From the NCBI RefSeq assembly GCF_009914755.1, contig NC_060925.1: 64,000 nt of DNA; one strand, written 5' to 3'. Made by a program: the position numbers and the translations under genes. The DNA comes from the human T2T-CHM13v2.0 reference genome, Homo sapiens. Position 1 is the stretch's first letter, and the number at the start of each line of letters is the position of its first letter. The notes under the pieces were generated by a model. The model ran no database searches and was not told the origin of the DNA. It saw only the letters and a program-made list of their open reading frames with translations. Shown piece by piece: positions 42,507 through 58,169 of this stretch.

Positions 42507-45500
42507 CTGAAATTTTAAAAAGGGGGAGAGGACGGTATAAATGTACTTAATGTATGTCTATAAGAGGGGGCGAGCGAGCCCTGGAGAATATTAGTAGGAC
42601 ATCTAGCACATTCTAAAGTTTGGGGGGGGACATCATGAGGAATCTTATTAGCAAAGGTCCATTTGTAAAGGGTAGATCATAAAAGGTGATTTTTTTTTAA
42701 AAAAGAAAAAATTTGCTTCTACCTTCCCTAATACTGCCACGAGATGCAGAAGGGGAGATGTGCCATCTATATAATTTTACATCCGAAGAGACCCTCTTCC
42801 CATCAAAAAAAAAAAAAAAAGTTGAAAAATCCAAGTGTTAGTCAATCATCAGAGCTGTTGATTCCCGAGAAGAAGAAACCAGCTCTGAGTTGTAGGTCTA
42901 AGGGGAAAAGCAAAACAAAAACAAAAACCCCACTATACTTCTGGAAATATTAACCAGTGGGGATTCCAAAAGCTACTTTTCCTGGAAAAAGCACTTGAGA
43001 CAAAGGTCGGAGAAAGCGGAAGCTGAAGGTGAAGCAAAAAGAAAAACTTAGTCTTTCCAATTAACTAGACTGGGAAAAAGAAGGGAGGTGGGAAAACACA
43101 TTACTACCAACTCATTAATTCTTTCCTGTAAACAATTTAATTAAATTCTGCTAAATACAGGAGAAATACTTATTTTGGAGTGCTTCCCCCAACCTCAAAA
43201 GCAAATTCCTCCAGGTTCCTCCCCCCGTCATGCTAACACCTCCCTTGTCTCCAAACTACACAACCTTTCAGTGGGTTTCCAGCCCAGGCGTGGACTGCAC
43301 TGCTGAGGGCTGCGAGAATGACAGCCTCATATGTCTGAAAGCTGACACTTCAGCCTTGAAAAGAAATGGGGGAAAATAAGCTGTTGACTTCTTGGTTAAA
43401 GTATTTTCTTGTTCTACTCATGTTCTTATGTCACTGGGCTAAAAAAAGAGAGAGAGAAAAAGAGGGGGAGAGAGAGAGAAGAGAGAGATGACTTTCCTTG
43501 AATGATCTGTTTAACCTAAGCCAGAGGAAAAAAAAGAAAGTCATTAATTACTTATGTGAGCTATTGCTTCAGAAAGACAATAAACCTGCCCGGTCGCCAT
43601 GGATATGACATATTTGCTCTGAAAACAACACAATAATTAGCAAAGGGGAAAGATACAAGGAGAATATGCAAACTCCTGAGTTTAAAGCCACAGTGCTCTT
43701 TTCTACTCGTAAGCCTCTGTTCTGTTTGCAATCCAAATCAAACAAATTTTAAAAATATAGCAAAGAGGGAAATAATAGGAATGGTTCCTCTCGCCTCTGA
43801 GCTGAGCAGCAACAACCACTCTACCTCCCTCCCTCCAATATAAAATAATATAAAAGAGAACCAGGGTGGCAGAAAGAAAGAAAAAAAAAAAAACTCAAGT
43901 ATTGCCTGTTTTATTTCCTATAGCAGGGGTGGAGTCAGTTTTTTTTTTTTTTAAGTGTGCTCTTATTTAGCATTGAACCTTCTGGCCAGATATAAATTTA
44001 TTTATGAAAGCCAAATGCTCTGTACATGGCTTACCCCTCCCCCTCCCCCCCCCCCCCCCCCCCCGCACACAAAGTAAATGGAAATGTGGAGGGGTGGGGT
44101 TGGGGGGGGTGTCCAGTTGAAAAAGTAAAGCAGTATATTCAGAAAGCACCATCTCTATGGAAGAACATTCACTCCCCCTACCTCCAAGAAAATGCAACCC
44201 CTGCCTTACTTTAATATTAAAAATGCATTAAATGGTTCTACCTACAACTTAGTCCCAAAGGATCATTAGGAAATGCAATCGCTTTGTATCATATCTGTCA
44301 GCGTGATAAATATCTGAGTCAGAGTCAGTTTGCAATTTTTCAGTGTCACAAAACAAGATAATTTTTTTCTGTCTTCCTTTCTTAATTCACTGCACCGCCT
44401 CCCCACGCCCCCACCCCCACCCCCAACCAGTCACAAATCTACAGAAAAATACCTGGGCAGAGAAGAAAAGGAGAAAAAGTTGATGTACTCTCACATACCA
44501 GACAGAGGTTATCGATATTCTCCCAAAAAGCAGGCAAAATTGAACTTTAAAATATTTGGGTGACAATTTTCCCCAAAAAATAAATAAATAAATAAAGCAC
44601 TCCAGTAAGTTTGACTAAAAACTCCTTTTCCCCTCTTCCCAGAGGCTAATTTTCCTAAAACAGATGGTCAGGATCTAAAAGAGGAGCAAATATACCTCAA
44701 CCCCCACAGGCAGAGAAATCTAACTTTGAACTTCTTTTAAATTAAAAAGGGGTGGGGGGCAAGATAAACTATTAATAAGTGTGAAAAAAATTAGCTGAGC
44801 TACAAGTTTTGTTTTTCTTATTAAAAAATTATTTAAACATAAGGGGAGCAGATATAAAAGGGAGTTTCATATTTAACTGACTTTCTTATTTTTTTAAACA
44901 ATAGCTTTTTTAAAAGATTGGACTCTTTGATCTTGAAAGAATTTTGCTCTTATATGATGGGGGGAGGAAGGGGGTGGTGGTGAAATGATCTGTTTTAAAT
45001 GATGATGCAACTTAGAGATCAAAGCCTTCGCTTTCTTCTAGCCATAATAAGCTGTACTTGCCACAAAGCGTAAGGCTCCCGGGCTGGGCTCCTCTCCTTC
45101 GTAAGAAGGAAATAAAATGCGCCGAGACTCAGAGCAAGACTCCAAGTCTCGGCAAGGTGCAAAGTCTAAAAAACAAACAAACAAGGCAAGGGGAAAAAAA
45201 GAGGAAGGCACTGCCCCTTTAAACGTTTTAGTGCATATGGAGTTTGATTTCTGAAAGAGATCAGTTTAACATCTCCATAGAAACCAGCAACAGATTATCA
45301 TCAACAGAATAAATAACTAGTCTAATAAATTAAACAGGAGGCATAAGATCGCTGGAAACCTGATTACTGAAGTTCAACAATATTCCCCATAAACTCTCCT
45401 TAACCGCCTCTAAGGTGGCTAACAAGAAGGGGGTGGGTGGCGGGGGGGCGGGGCGGCGATCTCTCCAATTCGCCGGACTCTGGGGACAGAGATGGTGGCT

Positions 45501-45850
45501 ACCTCCTGGAAAGGAGAAGTTCTCCACTCTGCCCTGAAGAGGGTCCAGGAGCTCCCGCGAGGGGCACACCCTAAAAACCGAAGTTTGGGAAGTGGGAAAG
45601 CGGCTGGGGGTCGGGGGAGTGGCGCGGGCGGCCGGAGATTGCGCAGGTCGCGACGCCCGCCCGGGACGCACCGCCTGGTCGCCACCAGGACGCAAACCCG
45701 GCGCTTTGCGCTCGGGCGCCGAACGGCCCAGCGCCCCCTCCGGGCACGTGGAGCGCAGCCCCGGCTCAGCCCCCGGGGAACAACTACCCCCCTCCCCATG
45801 CCCGGCGCAGCTGCTCCTGCTCAGCCGGGACAGCTCCCTTTAGGACGGCG

Positions 45851-45894
45851 ACGTGTGTGTGTGCGCGTGTGTGTGCGTGTTTGTATGTGTATGC

Positions 45895-45925
<31 letters not shown>

Positions 45926-45932
45926 CGCGCGT
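45851..45932. repeat. (TG)n(GC)7 alternating purine-pyrimidine tract
   Basis: Directly visible. Confidence 0.95.
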
Positions 45933-48280
45933 CGTGGGTTGGGCGGGGGGACACCAAGATTATCCGGCGATCTGTTTTCCAGTCCCCTCGTGCGCTCTCA
46001 CCGCGCGCCTGTACCAGCTCGGAGACGTCCTAAATTTACTAACTTTGCCCCGCGACTACCAGGGCCTTTTCCCCCTCGCCACCCCCTGAGTGTACCGGGT
46101 GTCGGCGGGACAACTACGCACAATGAGGGCCGCGCCCCCACACTCCACTCGGTCAGAAACGCACACTCCGCCCCGTGGCCCAGTGATCCAGGTTTGGGGG
46201 AGCTCCATACTCAGGAGAGGCGCTACTGCCGCTTTCCCGGTGGGCACGCACCCGCACCCGCACCGTAGCCAGCGTGGCTGGAAGGAGGTCCTCGCCGCGC
46301 CCAGAGCCGGCTTTCCAAGCTGAAGCTGGGGCAGAGGAACTTGTGTGGAGGAAGAGGGGGTCCCCTGCCTCCCTCAGCGCTCCACTAGCCTCCCCCAACT
46401 CCGGACCCGGGTCGGGGATGACTTGGAAGAAGAATCTGCGCCCACCCCTTAGAGAAAAATCTATTATTATTATCTTAATCTACGCCCCCAAAGTGTCCCT
46501 CCAGCCGTGATTGACGGCGCATACACCTGTTCCCTTCGCGGAGGAGCTTCCAGCGCCGGGGACAGACATTCGCCCAAACGCTCCGCAGCGGCCCAGCAAC
46601 CGCCCGCCCGCCCGCGCCCGGCCAGCCCCCGCCAGCGGCCCCAGCGCGCCTCTGCCCGCACCTCGCCACCCCGGCGGCCGCCCCCTCCCCTTCCAGACCC
46701 GGCTGCCCGGCCCGCCAGCTCCCGGCAGTGCTGGCTTCGGAAAGAGAGAGAAAGAACAGAAAGCAAAACTTCCTGGCGGCCGACGGCCATCAGCTGCACA
46801 TTCTGCAAATGCCACCGAGTAAAAATAAACCGGCCGCCGCTCCGCCCGTCCGGCTCACCCCGGGCGCACGAATCGGCCCCCTGCCCCGGGAGATCCCTGA
46901 CTCGGTCTGGCCCGATCCCCCATTCCCGCGCGCCCCCTGGATCCCCGCTCCCCGACGCTCCTCCGTCAGTCACCACGCTCTCCTTTGCCGTTAAGCCGGA
47001 CCCTAAGTGACCGGGAAACCGGCTCTCTCCCTTTGGTGTTCCCTGCGCCCCCACAAACTACTTTTTTCTCTGTCCTTCACCAGGTGCCTATTTCAGCCCT
47101 GTGCCCTTGGATTCAGGGCTCCTCCTCCCCAATTGTTGAGCTCCGAGGTCACCCTCAGCCCACCCTGGGGGAACAGACCCCGACCGACCCTCTCCCACGC
47201 TGCAGAGCCCCCCCGGAGCGCACCACTCTACCAGCCCGCTAGCCCGCCAGCCCAGCGTCCCACGTCCCCGGGCGCAACTTCTCTTCTGGCGCACACAACA
47301 GCCGGCAACAACTCGCCCGAACTTTCCCCGGGACCCAGGCGGGCTCCAGCCGACAGCCGGGCAGCTCTGGGCCGATGCCCCGGCTCCCCGTGCCCTGTGT
47401 TGCCAGCCCTTCAGCTGGGGAGGCAGGGGGTGGGGTGGGGAAGGGAGTGAGGAACGCCACTTGCCGCGCCTGGAGCAGCGCACTTGAGATAAACTTCCCA
47501 GGCACAGATGAAAAAGGGGGCGCCGCTCCCCCCATCTAAGAAATCTCTTGCCTTCGATTTCCTATGGGGGATACCCTTTGGCACCCCGCGCCTAAGCGAA
47601 CACTGCCTACCTCTGCTGGCAGCACCTACACCCGGTATCCGGGCACAAGAGCCGGCTGGAGGGGTTCCCCACCCACCCCTTCCCATGGGCAAAGTCTTGC
47701 AAAGTCACCCCAGTCACCCCTCACCCCGCCTCCTTCTCTGCCCTGGAGAGCGCACGACCCCTCTGCTGCTGGGGGGTGGGGTGGGGTGGGGGTTTAAGGG
47801 GAAGGAGTGATTACCCGGTATTGGAGATCACCTGCCCCCCCGGGAGCCCACAGCGCGTGGGGCGCCCCCACCCTATTTGCAAAGTCCTGTGCTCGCGCCT
47901 GGCACCTCCCTCTCTTCTCCCCTACCCCGCCACCCCCTCAGTTGGAGTAAGCGACCCCCAGGAGGAGCAGCCCTCCCCTCCCCCGGAGCCGCGCGCCGGG
48001 CATTCCCCTGGCCACGGCAGGCAACGCGCCGCCCCGCGCCCGGGTGCCAGCCCTCCGTGCCCCCTGCCTCCGCACGGCCGGAGTTGGGTGGCAGCCGCCG
48101 ATCGCAGGCTGGCTGGCTGGCTCGCTCGCTCGCTCGCTCGCCCGCTCCCTGCTGCAAGCGGCAGCCCCGGGGGTGGAGGGGTGCACCGGGACAGGGGGAG
48201 AGACGGGGAGGCGCCCCGGGAGGCCCGCGGAGCTGGGGGACGTGGGGGGGCCGCGGCGGAGGGAGCGCCGAGTCTCTTAC

Positions 48281-48370
48281 CTGCACTTGGGGCGGCTTTG
48301 GGTGACTTTCCAAGTCCGGGGGAAAAATGTGTGTGTGTTTGGGATGGAGCGTCGCGGGCGCGCATGCGCT
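48281..48370 (-). other. CASZ1: Non-coding first exon (TSS approximate)
   Basis: Near-consensus donor GTGCAG|GTAAGA (plus strand tcttac|ctgcac at 48275-48286) inside the CpG island; 5' end estimated. Confidence 0.78.
48360..48369. promoter_or_regulatory. NRF1 palindromic site GCGCATGCGC near the estimated TSS
   Basis: Exact consensus palindrome. Confidence 0.6.
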
Positions 48371-49062
48371 GCCCAAAGTTGCCGGATCCCGGATTTTTCG
48401 CTCCCAGTCTCCGCTCTCGCCCGCTGTGATTATGGAATTCTCCGCGGCCGGGCGGGCGAGTGGGTGGCATGCAAAACCCGGGCCGGATCGCGGGGCCGGG
48501 CTCCGCTCCACCCTCACACCCCCAGACCTGCCCCTCCCGGATCCTTCCCACCCACCGCCCGGGCTGAGCTCAGCGTGTGCGCGCGGCGAGTCGCACGGCC
48601 TGCGGAGGAGCATCTGAGCGCTCGGCCCCCTTTTGCAGGTCCAGAGGCTTCTACACCCCCCCCCAGCTGAGTTGAGTTGAGGCTAGGGGAAAAGAGAGAA
48701 GGGATGGGGGGGGGGTTACTTTCCACCTGTTCTGAACCCCGAGAGAGCCCGAGTTCGGTTCCCACTTTCGACAGAAGAACTGGCTCTTTTTTGCAAGTTA
48801 GAATGTTAGAACTGTGGAACCCAAAGGAACGAAATGTTCTCACTGTTTGATATCTGCTTTGCACTTATTCTTTGCAAGGGAGTTTTTCATTCAATCTATT
48901 GTGCAAGAAATAAATCCTTAAGTGAGCAAGATAGGCCGTGCAGAATGAACCTTACATGGAGGGGCTGGGGGGGGGGCAGATAATACACATTAAAACAAGT
49001 GGATAATGTTATTTCAGAGAGTGAAAGTATCCATGAAGAAAATAAACCAAGGCAATAGGCTA

Positions 49063-49275
<213 letters not shown>

Positions 49276-50429
49276 TCATACTTTATTGAAGAAACCCCCT
49301 TTTCTCCCATACCCAGACTTCCCATTTCCCAGTTGGTTTGAGGTGGCCACACCAGCTGAGCCTAGTAGTCAGCTTCAGTGCTGAGGCCCTGTAGCTCTGG
49401 TCTTGCCTTTCTCAGCAAGCGCACCCCTCATTCCAGGCCTGAGCTGCTTTTCCCTTCAGCATAAGCGTGGGATGGAAATATCGAGAGGCATGAAAGAAAC
49501 TGAAAACACCCAGATGATGAGATAAGTGAGAAACTGACCATAACAGTAAACGAAATAGATCAATGATTTGTGGAATAAATGAATATAAATTCAAAGTATG
49601 ACCCACAGCTTCAAGCCCTGCTCAACAGAATGCATTAAACTAAGAGGCAATGCCACAGGCTGGTAAACATTGTTGCAGGCTGGTAGTATTTGGAGCCTAA
49701 TCTGCAAGGTGTCAGGAAAGCCTCTCAGGACCAGAGAAACGACCCAAAACCCTGTATGATGATTGTCTAAGACAAGCATCTTCCGGGATGCATTCCCATG
49801 TCCTGCCTTAAACTGGAAGTTAATTGTCCAGAAGCATATGGACACAGACTGGAGACATGATGGCCCTCTGGCCCTGAGGAGGCCAGGATTTGCCCTGTGC
49901 CCTAATAAAGCCAACAAATTTGGGAGAGGAAGCTGAGCCATCCCACACTCCTTAGATACTCAGTGATATTTGCTTGTGTTAGATGGACTGGGGAAGAAAC
50001 CAGCTCAAAAAACCAGCTCCTCACTTCCTGGAATAGTTCTGGGGGTCCATTCAGGATCTGTCCACACAGGAAAGCCAGATTTAGACATTAGACACATGTT
50101 TCGGGTTCATTTTGTTTTCCCCCCTCCTTATCCCAATAATTGACTGGAAGCAGCAACACAACGATAATTAACATCCCTCAAAGACCACTGATTGGTTACT
50201 CTCCATTGCCGCCCCCACCATCCAAGGCATTCTCAGCTCTCAGGGGTTGAGGGCTCACCCACCATCTCTAAGACCCTTGTGCCTGGTGACTTAGCAGGAT
50301 GCACAGCCCCAGAGATCTCAAGCCCAATCTTGTCATCCTACAGAAGGAGAAACTGAGGCACAGTGAGGGGCAGTAACCTGAGAAGTGGCAAGGTAGCTCT
50401 TCTAACTTATTGGCTCACGGCTGAGTCCA

Positions 50430-50670
50430 CTCCTGGGGCAGCGTAAAGAAGGGGTTAGCAGCTTGGGCTTGGGGGTGAGACCCTACCGCTCCACCAGCTG
50501 GGTGACCTTGAGGAAGGCATTTGACCCGTCTGTGCCTCAGTTGCCTCCACAGTAAAATGGGGATAATAATAGTACCTACTGCCTGGGATTGTTGAGAAGC
50601 TAAAATGAGTTAATGCAGGAAAAGGGCCTGGGCCAAGATATTGATCGATAAATGCCAGTAATTGTCATTG
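50430..50670. mobile_element. MIR
   Basis: tctgtgcctcagttgcctccacagtaaaatggggataataatagtacctac. Confidence 0.8.
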
Positions 50671-51419
50671 CTCCTTGGGACATCCAGTGCTCCCTTTACT
50701 TCTCATTTCTTTCCATCCTCTCTCCATTCCTTCTCCTTTGTCCTTTTTTTCCCCCTCCAACAATAGTCCTTCACTCATTCATTCATATGGTAGGGATGAC
50801 TAAGCTCCGAGGAAGAGCAGATCTCCACCAGTGCTGGGGAGACAGAGATGAATGAGACAAAGCCTGCCCTTGAGGGGCTAGGGAAGAATTCACTTGTCTC
50901 TCTGTCCCACTATCAGGCCTACCCCACTTCTCACTATCAGGCTCACCCCTACCCCTTTCCCACTATAATGCCCTCCCGCACACCATTTCCCACCTCTCTC
51001 AACGTCTCCAACAGCCACGTCACCCACCAAACTTTTATTAAAATGTGTATTCCTCCCTCCATTTTTTTCTCAAATATTTCGTAATTCTCCCACCTCCCGA
51101 GAAGTCTTTCCACCTCCTCTAAAGGAACCTCATCTCGGGTAGGGAAGGCTGGAAACAGAGGCAAGGCTGGGGGGAGGGAAGAGGATTTGGGGGCGGGGGA
51201 GGTAAAAAGGGAAAGCTCTTTTGTTTCTCAACCATCACTCCCAATGTCCCCCAAAAAATTAAAGTAAGGGGCCAGGAGAGAGCGGCAACCCCAAACAGCA
51301 GCCTCTGATCGCAGCCAAATATCTTCATGCCTTGTTCCTCCATCGCTTGTTTTTTTCACTCCCCACCCAAACTCCCAGTGCAGGGACTGAAGTCAGGTGC
51401 TCTTCCCCTCATGTTCTTC

Positions 51420-51925
51420 AATTTAGCATTTCCTGAGCTTCCCCTAAAATAAAAATCCAAGCCTTTCCCCCGTGGTCACCAAGGTCCTTCAAGGTCTGGC
51501 CGTCGCCTGTCCCTGGGCCTCACCTCCCTCCTTCTCTGCCTGGTTCACACCAGCTTCTTGCTGTCCTGGAAAACACCAAGCTTGTCCCCACCTCAGGGCC
51601 TCTGCACCTGCTGTTTCTTCCACGTGGAATGTCGCCTTTGCAGGCTGCTTCCTGCAAATCGAATGGCATTGTTCAGGTTTCTGCTCCTATCTTACCTCCT
51701 CAGGGGGGCTTTCTAGCTAAAGTAGCTCCCAGCCTTTCTTTACCACTTTGTCCTATTTGAGTGTCCACAATGATTTTGCTTCCTGCTTTGTTCCCATATT
51801 TCCTATCTGGCTGCCCCTACTAGCATGGAGCTTCTTGGAGACAGGGACTTTGTTCTGCATCCTCTGTGCCCTCAGCACCTTGAGCAGTGCCTGGCATAAA
51901 GCAGGCCCTCACTCTCTGTGAATCA
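51420..51925. mobile_element. L2 3' fragment
   Basis: cacctcagggcctctgcacctgctgttt...cagtgcctggcataaagcaggccctca. Confidence 0.75.
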
Positions 51926-52948
51926 GGCACAGAATCAAGATAAGCCAAGGTGATCCCGGCCCTTCAAGTGCCTATGCTGTTGGAGAATGACTAGAAAGGT
52001 CCTAGGACAAAGTTTGGTGGGGGGAAGAGGAGCTGATGTGAGCCGATACAACCCAGGACTTCCCAGGAATTACCAGGTTGGCACGGTGGCCTTGGCTGAG
52101 ATTTTTACTCCCTGGCATTTGGCCGGGGGGTCTGCAGTGGGGAAATGGATGGCTCTGGCAAACTGTACCCAGCAGAGGAGGTTGCACAGGTGGGAAGGGA
52201 GGTGGGTCAGCTAAGGACCCCATCAAAACATCTCTCCAGCCCCCTGCCTCCAGCCAGGCTGCATGTGATCAAGAGCCTCTCCCATTTCTACATCTCCAGG
52301 GAAGACCCCCCCTACACACACACATAAACCTTTCTCACTCCGAGGACAGAGTCTGCACCTTTATCTCAGAAGCTCAGGAGCCAAGCACCATGTCTGGCAC
52401 CCAAGAGGCTCCCAATAATTGATTGTGGAACAAATAAAGTTAGGTCTGTTTCAGTTTGTGTAATTGGGAAAGCCTTGAGAGTAATCACAGCTCAGCTTGC
52501 TGCCCACAGTTTTTGGTTTCTGGTCCTCTACTGTGATGGAAAGCAAATTGTACATCAATCACTGATATTTATTGAGTGATTATTATGGGCGTGGCACCAT
52601 GTTAAGCCTTCGTGATATCTCATTAGACCCACATAACAACCATATGAAACTGTTGCAATTATAAATATACCCATTGTACAGATGAGGAAAGCGGGACACA
52701 GAGAATAACTTTCCCAAGACTGAGGCAGGCAGTCTGACTCCCTTGGGACCAGCTGCTTGGGCAGGGAGATAACAAAAGCCTCACTACTCCACTTACCCCA
52801 ATGCAACAAGCATTTTTACCTTTACCTGATATTCATAAAGAGATGAAACTTGAATGTGAGTTGCATTAGGAGAGGAGAAAGGGGAAGCAGAACAAATCTG
52901 TCGATCTTATTTCAATCTAGTAAAAGATGAGAGGAAACAAAGAAATTA

Positions 52949-53288
<340 letters not shown>

Positions 53289-53526
53289 CATCAGATCTTG
53301 TATATAGTAAGCACTCAATAAATGGTAACAAAGAGTCACTATTTTTTACATTTGAAAATGTTGAATGATGTGCTGGGTTCCTTCTCCTGGGCTGTTCCTC
53401 ATTTCGTGGTTCTCCTTGGGTGGGTTCCACGTTTTTCTGGCTCACTGTGCCTTGCCTGGTGCTAGCATCAGGTAGGTGCTCAGTAGACGCTTCGTAACTG
53501 AAGAGTTAAACAAGTGCCTGAGATAA

Positions 53527-53868
<342 letters not shown>

Positions 53869-54039
53869 TAATTAAAACTTTTTAAAAGTTGAGTTCATTC
53901 ATTTTATTTACAAGTGTCTCTCTTGGGAGTCCTGGGGAGGGAGAACAAGAGGGGCTTTTTCCCAAACTCTGAGCTTGGTTCGCAAATCCCATCCGGGTTG
54001 GTGAACTTGACAAGTTCTTCCACCCCAAAATTCCGTCAT

Positions 54040-54730
54040 TCTTTTAGCAAAGTACGTAATTCTTTGTTTCTGACTAAATATATAATATGTGGGTTTTTTT
54101 GTAGAAAATTCAGAAAATACAGATAAACAGGAAGAAGCAAATTTAAATTATCTGTAATCCTACCACCTATGGTTGTCAATGTTCTGGTTGATGTTTCAGT
54201 GTATTTCCTTCCAGTCTGGGATTTTTATTTGTTTGTTTTTTTGATCTTGGCTTTGTTTAGTTGTGTAAAATCAGAATCACACTGAACATACTGGACGGTG
54301 GGGTTTTTTTTTTTTAGTCTGACATGTGTATGTAGCATGAACACTTCCTCAGGTCATTAAATATTCTTTTCCAACATGATTTTTAATGGCCGTATTGTAG
54401 AGTTGATCATAATTTACTTCCGCAGTACTTCACTGTTGCAAATTTTGGACATCGAACTTGTTTCTGATTCTTTTCATTATTATAAATAACTCTAATGAAT
54501 ATCTTTGTCCATAAATAATCATGCACATTCCTTAAAGTGGAATTGTTGAGTCCAAGAGTGTGCATACATTTCGAAGCCATTCCTATCCATTGCCAGATTG
54601 CCTCCTCCCCGGAAGGTTGTGTTCATTTGCCCTTCCACCAGCGCACATCTCCTGTCTCCTCTCCAACCTTTGGTGTTCTCTCTCTGTCTTTTTTTTTTTT
54701 AACCCCTGCTAATTTAATGGGTGAAAGAGT
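54040..54730. mobile_element. Old L1 (L1M-type) 3' fragment
   Basis: AT-rich; aagtggaattgttgagtccaagagt...attgccagattgcc motifs. Confidence 0.6.
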
Positions 54731-56771
54731 CTATGATTCTAGTAATGAATCCTTATTAGAACTGTGCTGGCCACAAGCAGGGGCTGTTTCAAGGTTTGAG
54801 CAGCCTTGCTGAGATCCACAGCCGCAGGCAGGGATGGAGAGAAAGGCAGTCTCCCAGGAACTGCGGCCCACAGCATCGCGTTGACAGGTTCCCCGAGGCT
54901 TCCAGAACAGCTACTGAGCCCAGGCTTCTTAGGCAATTCTCAGCCGAGGGGAGAGAAGGAGTAGGGTCTGTCTCTGTCCTTCAGTCTCAACAGAGTTGAG
55001 CTCCCCACCTCCTCCTACCCCTTCACCCACACCTTCCGGAAATCTCTCTCGACAGAAAAGCCTTAGGGATTTCTATGCCATAAATACTACCTGTTTTCCG
55101 AGCTCAGGATCCACACTTTGTACCTGCTTTCATTTTCCCTGTCCGAGCTCTCAATTCAGCTCCAAGCAAGGGACAGGCTGTCTTGCTCTCTGACTCAACC
55201 GCTTCTTTCCTAGTTAGTTCTAATTAATTTGCTTTTTCAGGGGTACTTATGTTTACCTCTGCCTGGTAACTACAAGAATTGCAAGTGACTAACATTTTCC
55301 TTTTAGGAAATTCCCTAGTCCCAGGGTCTCTGATCTCGATGGCCCCTTGCAGCTTTAACATTCTCTGAACTATCTACCTTTTTTTTTAAGAAAAAAGTTG
55401 TTTTAAATTTCTGGGGAGAAAAAAAAGGAGGGTAATTCACATTCTCTGCAAACAATTCAGGAAACCCAGTGAAATACAGAGATAAATATAATGCAGAGAA
55501 TAAAAAAACACCCACCATCGTAGAGGCAGGTATTTGGGTGTGAATTGAACTTAAGAATTTAAAGAACGAATTGAAATGAAACCCTGCAGATATATCTTTT
55601 CGAGGCCCCCTCAGCAGCCTGCCTGGGAGATGTGTGTGGATAGGGGTGTCATTCATGCCAAGTGGTGAGGTGTGTGAATGTGATTTTATCTGTGTGGGAG
55701 GGAGTGTGTGTGTGCACTTGTGGAGGTGCGGGACTGCATTCCCTTTAAAGAAGGGTCCTGGTCCATGTAGGTGTGGCTGTGCTGTATTTGCACATGGGGA
55801 GACTGCTTCTGCTGTCAACAGCCACCCAAATACACAGCAATCCAGCCAGGTGAGGGGCAGGGCCGATGCTGACATCACCTCTTACCCGAAGATCCTGGGC
55901 CAACACCTTAACCCCTCCCACGCCTGCCAGGGTGGGGCAGGCCTGGCCCCAGGGCCTGTGGAACAGGGAAAAACAAGTGATGGAAAAATCGGAGGACCAG
56001 CCTCCCCACTGTCCTCAGAGCAAAGCCACACTCTCACAGCCGTGTGGTCCCTGCCACGTGCCACATGGGCCCACACAGCCCCTGCCCCTTTCTCTTCCCT
56101 CCCACCTCTCCCAGATCTGATAGCAGAAGCCAAAGGGACTAGTCATGGTGGTGCTTTGTCTTGGGATGCGATCTTGCCAGAAGTTGGTGTGGAAAGGGAA
56201 CCTGCCCTGGGACTCCGGAAGTGGCTATGCTTCCTCCCGACGGGCACCTGTGCAGGCGCCGGCTGCCACCCTTGGCTGGCGTCACATGGAGGGCGGGGCT
56301 GGCCATGGAGGCAAGAAAGAGCTGTTTTGCTGATGAGCTGCCCTCCTGTCACACGGGCCGGAGTGCCAGGTCCCTGGATGTGGGTGGGGGAGGAGGAGGA
56401 CTGCCCTGCTGTGCCAAGCTGGCCCAGATGTGAGCGACAGCCCGGCCTGCCTCTCCCCACTCCCACTCACATATTCACACACCCTCTGCTCCAGCCACAC
56501 GGATCTCCAAGCTACCCCGCTTGCTCCCAGCTCCAGACCTCTGTCTAGACTGTTCCTTCTGCTCTAAGGCCTTTCGCCCCTCAGCTCACCCATTAAGACC
56601 AAAACAGGTGGCACCTCCTCTGGGGAGCCTTCCCTGATGTCCCTCTGCCCCAAATTGGGTTAGGCGCCTCTGTCTGTGCCCCCGTAGCCCCCTTGTTTTC
56701 TCCATCATAGCATACGTTATAACTGTCTTCTCCCTAAACCCTCCCATTAGATGGTGTGTGTGTGGTTTTAA

Positions 56772-57107
<336 letters not shown>

Positions 57108-57119
57108 TAAATCATCGCT

Positions 57120-57340
57120 GTAGTTCTGAATTAGGTCACATGGGTTCAAATTCAGCTCTGCTACTTACCAGCAGTGTGACTTTGGGCAACTCCCAACCTC
57201 TCTCAGCCTCGGTGTCCCCATCTGTAAAATGGCAATGAAACCAGGATCTGCCTCACAGTATTGTCAGGAGAATTAATTGAGATAATTCATGCAGGGCACT
57301 CAGCCTGGATTCACACATAATGACTGTTGTTATGATTATT
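57120..57340. mobile_element. MIR
   Basis: gggttcaaattcagctctgctacttacc...ctgtaaaatgg. Confidence 0.8.
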
Positions 57341-57599
57341 TCCAGCATCCAGCAGAGTGCTTAGAAAATGACAAGTGAACGAATAGTCTCTCTGTGCTCG
57401 ACGTGTATGCGTGTTGGGGGATGTGTGGTGTATGTCAGGGCATGGGGATGGATAGGAAACCAGGACCTTCCAGGAGGCAGGTCCCGTATGAATGTGTGTG
57501 TCCACTCTGAAGGGTAATGGGCTCGTTATTTATGGTCAGGGCTTAAAAAAAAAAAAAAGAAAAAAGACAAACCAGTGTTCAGTAATGACAAAGTAATTA

Positions 57600-58169
<570 letters not shown>

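Larger units (their letters stand above)
41160..45420. promoter_or_regulatory. TE-free AT-rich block next to the CpG island (probable conserved non-coding region)
   Basis: No Alu/MIR/L2 seen; dense homeodomain and forkhead motifs, e.g. TAATGAAATTA 42072-42082, TGTAAACAATTTAATTAAATT ~43126-43147. Confidence 0.5.
45430..48670. promoter_or_regulatory. CpG island / promoter, extending ~2.8 kb into intron 1
   Basis: Very high GC and CpG density, GC boxes, no TE insertions. Confidence 0.92.

Noticed and set aside
45419-48670. Many 200-260 aa ORFs on both strands in the CpG island
   Set aside because: Stop-codon depletion in GC-rich DNA; Arg/Pro/Gly/Ala-rich with no homology I recognise.
55634-56548. 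Longest ORF (304 aa)
   Set aside because: Apparent non-ATG start, no recognisable domain, composition typical of GC-rich chance frames, no exon structure.
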